From NCBI RefSeq assembly GCF_009914755.1, contig NC_060928.1: DNA of 64,000 nt. One strand, written 5' to 3'. How positions within the stretch are numbered: the stretch's first letter is position 1; each line of letters begins with the position of its first letter. Under the pieces are notes generated by a model that did not search any database, had not been told where the DNA came from, and saw only the letters and a list, made by a program, of their open reading frames with translations. The stretch comes from the human T2T-CHM13v2.0 reference genome, Homo sapiens. Both the position numbers and the translations under genes were made by a program. Below, piece by piece: positions 55,669-64,000 of this stretch.

Positions 55669-58224
55669 GATGCCTAGCAGGCACTCCATTCATGCATCAC
55701 ATAGTTCTACACCAACTCTTTCTGCTTTAGCAACCTATTCCATTGCTAAAAATACTCTTCAGCCTCCCTTTCTTGGAAAACCATAGCTTATTCTTGTTTT
55801 TCAATATATGAGCTCTATTGTTTTTAAATGTTACTACATCTTTATTTCACTAGACTTTAACCTTAAAGTAGTGTTAAATGTAAGTTATAATCACTGCAGT
55901 AGAGCCCTAAGGATGATACAATCACTTTACAACAAGGATGCCTATAGGCATTCCCTGTGGTGTAACACTGCATGCTGTAATTCCAAATGAAACTTTTAAC
56001 TTTGTAGCAATAAACAAATATAATGAGAGAGCACTTTGTTTGGAGATTCATTTTGATGTTTTGTATTAGGCTCCCTCTAAATAGCAATAAGGCTTTGGAA
56101 AATAAATTACTTTTTTCAATTTTGCTGTGGACCCTACAGACAAGATGCATTTAGAGGAGAGTTTATGAAATGCTCCAGGAGACTGAAATCCTCCCTTCTG
56201 CTCTCCTGGCATACTCTGTTGACAATATAGTGACTGGAAACTCTAAAAATATAGAAGTCATTTGTCTCTTTATGGAAACAGCTTACTCGAGTATCATATT
56301 ACTTATTAAATCAACAGCTTCAATAAAGCACGTCACCCCACTCCACTACACATTACGATTTAGTAAGGATTAATGTTTGCTTGTCAGCTGTAAAAATTTT
56401 TCCTCATTCCTTTAACCTAAATGTGCCCTTTTATTTTAAACCATCTCTTTGCTGCTGTTGCTCCGTCTACCTAGAATGCTCTTCTCTTTCTAGTCACCTA
56501 ATAAATAGCATCTGAAGACCTTTCTTATGCCTCACCTTTCCTTCAAATCCTTTTCTGGTTGCCCATGCAGTTACCTGTAAGGAAAGACAGCCTAGATGGG
56601 GCTCTGGCTCTGCAATTATCTCCATTTGATCTTGGGAAAGTTAATCTCTCTGATCCTCAGTTTTCTATCTAAAAAAAAAAAAAACAGGAAAATACTACCT
56701 TCCTTGTAAGACTATAAAGATAAAAAGATTATGTTCAAAATAACAACAGCAACAACAAAACATGGGCTTTGTGAAGGGCTAGAGTAGAAAAAAAATGTGA
56801 ATTTTTAGCTCTTCCTTTTTCTTCTTTTTTTTTTTGTAATTGTATATCATTTGTCCACATGTCTACTTTAGTACATATCTTTTTTAATGCAATAGTTATT
56901 TGTTAAAAAACTCTTCACATATTTCTAGGTTGTGGACATCATGATATAATAGATTACCATTTAACTTCTTCTTTAACTGACACTTCTCCAGGAAGGCATA
57001 TTATGAATAGTAAATTGTATATGGAGGGAAGGAAGGAAAGAAGGAAGGAAGATAGTATAGAATCTGGAAAATGAAATTTGTGGATTATTAATGTAACTGC
57101 ACATAAAGCCATGCCTGTTAAAAGAGTACAGTTGGCAAAGGAAACTCTATAACTGATCAATATTTTAAAGAGATAGATGAATAATTCTGAAGAAAATTTT
57201 AAATGACTTTCCAACCTTCCTAAAATTCTAGGACATAATCATTTATTTTGAAAGCTTTCTTCTCTTGCCATAGTTCAGTGCTTTAAAAAATAATATTTGG
57301 TGGAGTAGATGGAATAAATATTCGACCGATTGGCAGCAAAAATGGAAAAGTCATTCTTATTCAGTGAAGAATGTGGCAGAATAAAAGCTCAGACGGGGTA
57401 GACCTGGTCTTTAAAATGCAACCTGTCTGCTGTTTGAATTCCCAACCCCATTTGAATCCCCAATTTCCACAGCCCTTCCATCTGATTCTCCTGAGGGGCT
57501 TCCTGAGAAGTGACAAGTCTGGATTACTCAAAATATTGGCACCAGATCCATCTTCCGAGGAGGGGCCTCTGGTGTGTCTAGTTAACTTTCTGTACACCGA
57601 GTGTGAACACAGAGTTGCCGTCATTTGTCGTCTGCATTTTGGGTCCCTCTGCTTTTAAGTGAGGCCACATTTAGCTCACAAAACCAGTCAGTCCTCAATT
57701 TCTCTTGCTCTGCTGAGTTCTTTCTTCCATTTTATTACTGTTTGACCCAGTCCACATTACTCCCACTCCTCTTTGTGCAATTTTTAAGGAGTTAGATACC
57801 AGCCAAGCCTAACTGGGCATTGCCACCACCACCACTGCTATCTCTGCAGGCTTGTTGTATCTCAGGTATCTCAGCCTGATGTCGTCTGCTCGGCCATACC
57901 TGAGCCTGCAATCTCAGTCTCACACAGTCACTGTGGACTTCATTTAGCATCAATATAGTGACCATATGATTTGCTGTCCAAGCTGGGACACCTTCAAGAA
58001 TAAAATAAATATTTAATAAGTTTGTCCAGACAATGTATGTAAAACAGGCCCATGTGGAAAAAAACAAGTATCTTCATCCTTGCTCAAGTTCACAGATCTG
58101 CCATCTCTGAGCCCTCTATTCTCCATTCTGGTCAGCTAGATATTATGTAGCTCACCTTCCAGTAGCTAACAAAAGCTATTATCTACACTTAAGAGCTTCT
58201 AGCCAGTTTTGAAGTGCACCAAAC

Positions 58225-58720
58225 AAATCCCAGTTAGAAAAGCAGAATCTATACTCCTTTCAAACAGAGGGAAGTTACTGTAAGGAATTGGATACCTAGG
58301 TGATAGAATTGTTGACAGGCACACAGGAGGTGGTGAAGCAATTTAGAAATTAGGTAAGCTGCTACCACCCTCTAGAAGAAAAAATAAAAGAGAAGGCAAT
58401 GTCTTCAGAGCTCAAGGTCCATGGCTTTGCCCAGTGAAAATTAGAATCAAGGGGAGTCTGCCGAACGGGTCCCAAAATTATAGAGGACAGATTTCTTGCA
58501 AGAGAAAAAACTTGAAGAAGAAAAAAATGGAAGAAACAAATGCCCTTACTTCTATGTTCTTACTGCCCTCCAGTCTCCTGCCTATGCTTCCGCTGGGTGA
58601 ATCATAAAAATTCCAGCTTCCAAGAAAGCCCATAAAAAGCCATCTATTGAGGTCAGCTTGGCTATAAGGAGCAGAACAGAGCTAATGACAAATTTCAGAA
58701 TCAACAGATGACTGCAGCAC
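58225..58720 (-). mobile_element. Old ERVL LTR (LTR40/52-like)
   Basis: ttcaaacagagggaa, aagctgctaccaccc, ccagtctcctgcc motifs. Confidence 0.45.
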
Positions 58721-59269
58721 AATAATTTCATCAAATCCACATAAATGTGTACCTCTTTTGTAGACTGTATAAATCATGTGTGAACAACCTGCTTGCATTT
58801 CATTGACACTCATAGAGACCACATATGAATGTAATTGGAACTACTGTGTTTGAGTCAATTTTCTTGCAAACACTAAGTTAGAAAAACTCGTTGCTATTAG
58901 CATTCAATGCATGACAAATAACAATATGATAGAACAAGGACAAGGACAAGGAAAAATAACAATGACCTGGCCAAATCACTCAACTAATGCTTCTACCAAG
59001 GGAGCATCAATCCAACATGACTGATTACCTCAAAGAAGTTCTCTGCAGAGAATATTGATCAGAAAATCTCTCAGGCAGCACTCACCCCAGATTGCATCCA
59101 GCTCCTCAGTGAAGACCATCCAGGGAGACCAACTGCTGCCATCATCCAAGAATTTAGAGATTCTCAGTCGCTGCAGGGAAAGGCATGAATCTGTGCCATG
59201 ACAAGATTTGGGCATACTTAAATTCTGGGGAAGTTTTGTTTTAATGATGTGTAGCAACGGTGGCATATA

Positions 59270-59480
59270 TTAAATTCATTGACTTTGGAGTAAGAAAGAC
59301 CAGGATTTGTGAGCCTAACTTCTTAAGTTATTAGCAGCTTGACCCTTAGTCAAATTTTGTAAATTCATATCACTATTACCTATCACATAAGATTCCTGCA
59401 ATTGTATACTGAAATTACAGTTAGAGAAGGCCCACCACATAGTCAGGTCTATAAATGTTAGCTGCTATTATAATTTTCTT
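59270..59480 (+). mobile_element. MIR
   Basis: gactttggagtaagaaagaccagg...ataaatgttagctgctattat. Confidence 0.7.
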
Positions 59481-60489
59481 TATTATTTTTAGTCATTCTT
59501 CTATTAATGGAAATTGGCTGTCCCCAAATCTGCTGAAATTGCCGTTTGCACTGAATCCTTGAAGGTGGGAAGACAGGCTAAATAAAGGATATCAAAAATA
59601 GACAGTCAGACATCTGAATAAGATAAAACTAAACAAAAGAAAAAACGTTCTTTTTAAAAATGATGACAAAATTCAGTAATACTCCTTAGCTTGAATTACA
59701 GAAAGCAATGAGGTGGGAAATGTCAAATTCTTTCTAAAAGAAAAGAGAAAAAATAGACCAATGATACCATAACTCTTGTTTCTTATGCCAGCTTCTTCTG
59801 AAGCTTGCATAAGTGTTTTTGTCTTTTTCTTCTTTTAAACCTCTCATTTTTGTTAAATTGTAATAAACTTTTTTCTACACACTTACCAAATACTCTGCTC
59901 ATTTAGGCTAATATCTGTAACTGCGTTACAGTCCTGAAATGCTAGTGACATGTACCTTATGATTGAGTAAGAGAGATATTATGTGGGCAGGGAAGAGGAG
60001 AAGATGGGGGATTACTTTGTTTGACCTCCCTTGTCTTCACTTCCCTCAGATCTTTTGCTATTTTTTACACTTAACTGATAAATATCAACAGTATTTTCTA
60101 TTTATCCCTCATTCTTTCCAGTGAGAGTCAATTAAAACTATTCGAAATGACTTCAAAATGCCCCATTCTCCTTGCCATAATGTATGTGGTTATGAAATTG
60201 AAAAAAAATAACATAATAGGATAATAAAACTGATTGAATATTATGTTTCATTTGTATGGTAAAGGAGATTAGACTATCAACAAACTGCAGGTGAGTTAAA
60301 TGGATGTAGAATTGATAGTTTAAGAGCATTTTCTTTAATGTCTGTTCTTTCATTTACTGTATAATCTTTGACAAGTCTATCCATATTTTCAGGTCTTAAT
60401 CATCTATAAAATTAGACATTTAGCTAGAAAATCTCTGAATTTTTTTAGTACTAACAATTTAATGATATTACATGTGTAATGACACTTGC

Positions 60490-60511
60490 TATATATATAT
60501 ATATAGACATT

Positions 60512-60545
<34 letters not shown>

Positions 60546-60846
60546 TGTATATATAAGAGTGCATCTTCACTGGGGTGGTGGATACATAAGCCAACACAGA
60601 AGATAAAATTGCACAGAATCAAATGCATGCATACTCATATATGCATGTGTGTGTAAACACACATACAAGTAAAACCGGGACTATATGAATAACGTTAATG
60701 GATTATATCAATGTCACTAACCCGTTTGTGATATTATAGTATAGTTTTGCAAGACGTTATTGGAGAATCTAAGAAAAGAGTAAAGGGGAAATCTGTATTT
60801 TTCCTACAACTCATGTGACTCAAACATTATTTCAATATAAAGTTTA
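60490..60846 (+). mobile_element. (TA)n(TG)n tract followed by L1MC 3' end
   Basis: ttgtgatattatagtatagttttgcaagacgtta...tacaactcatgtga. Confidence 0.75.
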
Positions 60847-60849
60847 AGA

Positions 60850-62385
60850 TGAAAGAACTGCTAGAATAATAAGTGCATTTTGAAAAGTCTGATGATAGAG
60901 AGTCAAAATAGAAATACCAGTGGACTTTTGACATACTAGCAGTAACCACTTAGACTATTAAATTAATAAATACATTATATTTACAATAGGATCACACCTC
61001 TAATACCTAGAAAGACATCCAACGAAAGCTGCACAAGATCTATACACTGAAAAATAACAACAAATACCTAAATAAATGGAGAAGTATACCGTGTTTATGG
61101 ATTGAAAGACAGTATTTTTATGATGTTCATAATCATCAAATTGATGCCAATTAAAAGCAGCCTCTTTTCAAGAAATCAACATTAAAATTATCATTAAAAT
61201 GTTTATGGAATTGCATATAATGTAGAATAGGCAAAACAATCTTAAAAAAGATAAAAACTGTGCAGCACCTGCACAACCTGATTTCAATAATTACTATAAA
61301 CCTAACACATATAAATTAATGTACCATTAGTGAGGACGTAGGCATATGGCAATAGTGAGTCACTGACATGATGATGAGCCTATTCACAGTGTGACAGAAA
61401 AGAATGTAGAGAAATAGACCCACCCACATCTAATCAATACATTTTTTAATCAAGGTCTGAGTTAATGGGGAAAGAAAATCTTTTAAGAAACAAAAACAAA
61501 AACAAAAAATAAAAAACAGTGCTGGAAAATAATGGGTATCCATTTGAAAAAAAAATGTACCTGAGCCCCTCTTCACTCCAAATACAAAGTTTAATTTTCA
61601 ATAGATCAAAGTCCTAAATAAAACCTCTGGCCTTAAAATTTCTAAGAAAATAATTAGAGAAAACTATAGTCATAAACTTCATGGCAGGAAAAAATTTCTT
61701 AGTACCAAGAAAGCTATCTGTCTATGTATGTATCTATGTATGTATGTATCTATCTTTGTGTCTTTATGTCATTATTCATATATGATGAGTACATACACAT
61801 ATATCCCTTATATGGACATGTATTAGTTTTCATCTACTTCCAATAAAATATAACTAATTCATCAAAATTTTAAAATTCTGCTGAAATAAAACAGTGTTTA
61901 TAAGTGAAAAAGAAAAAATATCTGACAGCTAACATCATACTCAGTGAAAAAAGACTGAAAGTTTTTCCTCTGATATCAGGGACAAGTCCAGGATGCCTAC
62001 TTTCAATGTTTTTATTCAACATAGTACTGAAGTTGTAGCCAGAGCAATTCAGCAAGAAAAATATAAAAGGCATCTAAATTGGAAAGGAGAAGTAAAATTA
62101 TCTCTATTTACAGATGACATAATATAATATGTAGAAAACCCTAAATATCTCCTCCCCAAACTGTTAAAAGTAATATAGAAATTTAGTCAAGTTACAGCAT
62201 AAAAAAATCAACACATAAAATCAATTGCTTTTCAATACTCTAAAAATGAGCTATCTGGAAAGCAAATCAAGATAACTTCATTTATAATAGCACCAAAATA
62301 ATAAAATACTTCGGAAAAGTTTACCAAGGAAGAAAAATGCTTTCACACTGAAAACTGCAAAACATTTATGAAAGAAATAAAAAAG
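60850..62385 (+). mobile_element. L1M ORF2 fragments (two pieces, junction ~61910)
   Basis: cctaaataaatggag...; acagctaacatcatactcagtg...cagatgacat (RT FADD region). Confidence 0.8.
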
Positions 62386-64000
62386 GTGGGGGGGGGTTGT
62401 CAGAAAGATGGTAGACTAGGTGATTACTCACTTATATCCCCCATAACAAGAAGTCTGCACACATCCACGGATAAAGTCTCTCTGTGGGAGCCTTGGGGTT
62501 AAGGTGCAATTCTGTGATATCCTGATGGAGCCCCAAACCTAAGAGGGTCATTTTGAGAGTACAGACCCACAACTAGGTGGCAGACCTGCTCATTTGGCTC
62601 TGGATTCAGACCCAGAAATAACCTCACTCCCCAAAATGCTTGCACATAGACTCAAGTTGAGTAGTCAAATCTGCTATCAGAACCATCTGTCAGGCCATCC
62701 AGGAAGAATCATGCACACTAGTGCCTTGGCAGACAAACCCACTGACATTGGTTTCCACTGTGGGTTTAAAAGTTATCATGTCGTTTGTCTCCAGCCCCAC
62801 TCAGATATGGCCCGTCTAAGTACAGCTCAATCAAGGACCCAGAAAGACTCATTCATTTGTGCCACTGGGACAGGGTTGCTGGACTCTATCCCACAGCAGA
62901 TCCTGAAGGAATTCTGTCTCTGTCTCAGACCCTCTCTGCCACAGCCTAAAAATTATCCCACTCACGGAGAGAACCCCTGGGACACATGCCAATCTGAGCC
63001 TCTGAGACAGATATGCCAGCTTCTGTCCACAATAGATCTTGAAGAGGCCCGGTCTCAGCTCTAGTCATTCTCTGCTGCAGCCAGGCAGTAATCCCAAAGG
63101 CACAGGAATCTGCTGGGAGACTCACCTGTCTATAACTTGATGCTTATCACTCACCAGACTTGCCACTCTCAGTCCCACACAGATCCTGAGGGAGCCCTGT
63201 CATGGCTCCAGCCCCTGCTTGCCACAGTCTGGGAGTACTCCCCTCAGAAATTTGCTGATATACTAGTACATTTCTGCCGTCTTTGTAGGCTATCTAGCTT
63301 CCAGTCCACAGCAGATTCTGAAGGGGTCGTGAAAACTCAATTCCAACCCCTCTTGGTTGCAGTCAGAGAGCAATCCAAATGGCAGAAAGAACCACTGGAA
63401 GGTGCAACACTCTATGCCAAGGGGATAGTCTTACTGAGCTCCATCTCAGATCTGATCCAGAAGGGGCCCTGTCTGGGTACTGACCCTTCTCTGTTGGAGT
63501 CCTGAAGTTATCTTGCCTATACAGGCAACTGCTAGAACACATGCATGGACCTGTTTGCTGGCCTCTCTCATAGCAGATCTTGAAGTGACCCTAAATCTCA
63601 GGTTCAGCCCCTTTCAGCTACAGTTTTGGAGCAATCTTGCTCTCATTGAGGTCTGCTTAGATTCTCACCCCTAGTACGACTGGAACAGACTTGCCAACAC
63701 TGACTGCACCATCCGTTCTGAAGTAGTCTTGAAGCTCAGTTTCAGGCCCTCACAGATGGTTTGATAGCAGTTCTGACTACCCAGGGTCCCTCTGAGAGAC
63801 ATGCCTGTCTGAGTTCCCATGGTAGGCTTGCCAATTTCACTACCACAGTATATCTCAAATGGCCCTGGCTCTTGGTCATGGCCCCACTAGTTGGCACAGT
63901 GAAAGCAGCTCTGACCACCTGGAGACCCGGACTGAGGCCCATTGTGCATTGCTTCTATGGGGTAAAACCCTGACCTTGATCTCATTTTTTATCTTTAAAT
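62386..64000 (+). mobile_element. L1MA/L1M 5'UTR with degenerate ~135-bp tandem monomers (runs off the window)
   Basis: G-run plus aagatgg start typical of L1 5' ends; recurring cagatcctgaag...ctcagc/ccagccc motif. Confidence 0.6.

Noticed and set aside
62750-63960. CRISPR-like repeat-spacer array
   Set aside because: Primate genome, repeats are highly degenerate with similar intervening sequence, and there are no cas genes; better explained as L1 5'UTR monomers.

Overview
Primate (human-like) AT-rich non-coding genomic DNA, mostly interspersed repeats: L1 (L1PA, L1MA, L1MB-ME), Alu, MIR, L2, MaLR/ERVL/ERV1/ERVK solo LTRs, small DNA transposons and microsatellites. No protein-coding gene, RNA gene or CRISPR array is supported; the listed ORFs are L1/LTR/Alu remnants or chance ORFs. 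The main structural observation is a ~2.8 kb inversion (22506-25326) between two oppositely oriented MER41A solo LTRs, shown by swapped target-site duplications (TSDs) and by older repeats split into halves on opposite strands. Other rearrangement signatures: a 113-bp inverted templated duplication inside an L1PA, three twin-primed (5'-inverted) L1 insertions (one nested in another), a displaced and inverted L1 RT fragment, a possible MLT2/MLT1 chimeric element, and a 37-bp-arm AT-rich palindrome. Repeat family names were assigned by eye from recalled consensus sequences, so subfamily calls and old-element boundaries are approximate.
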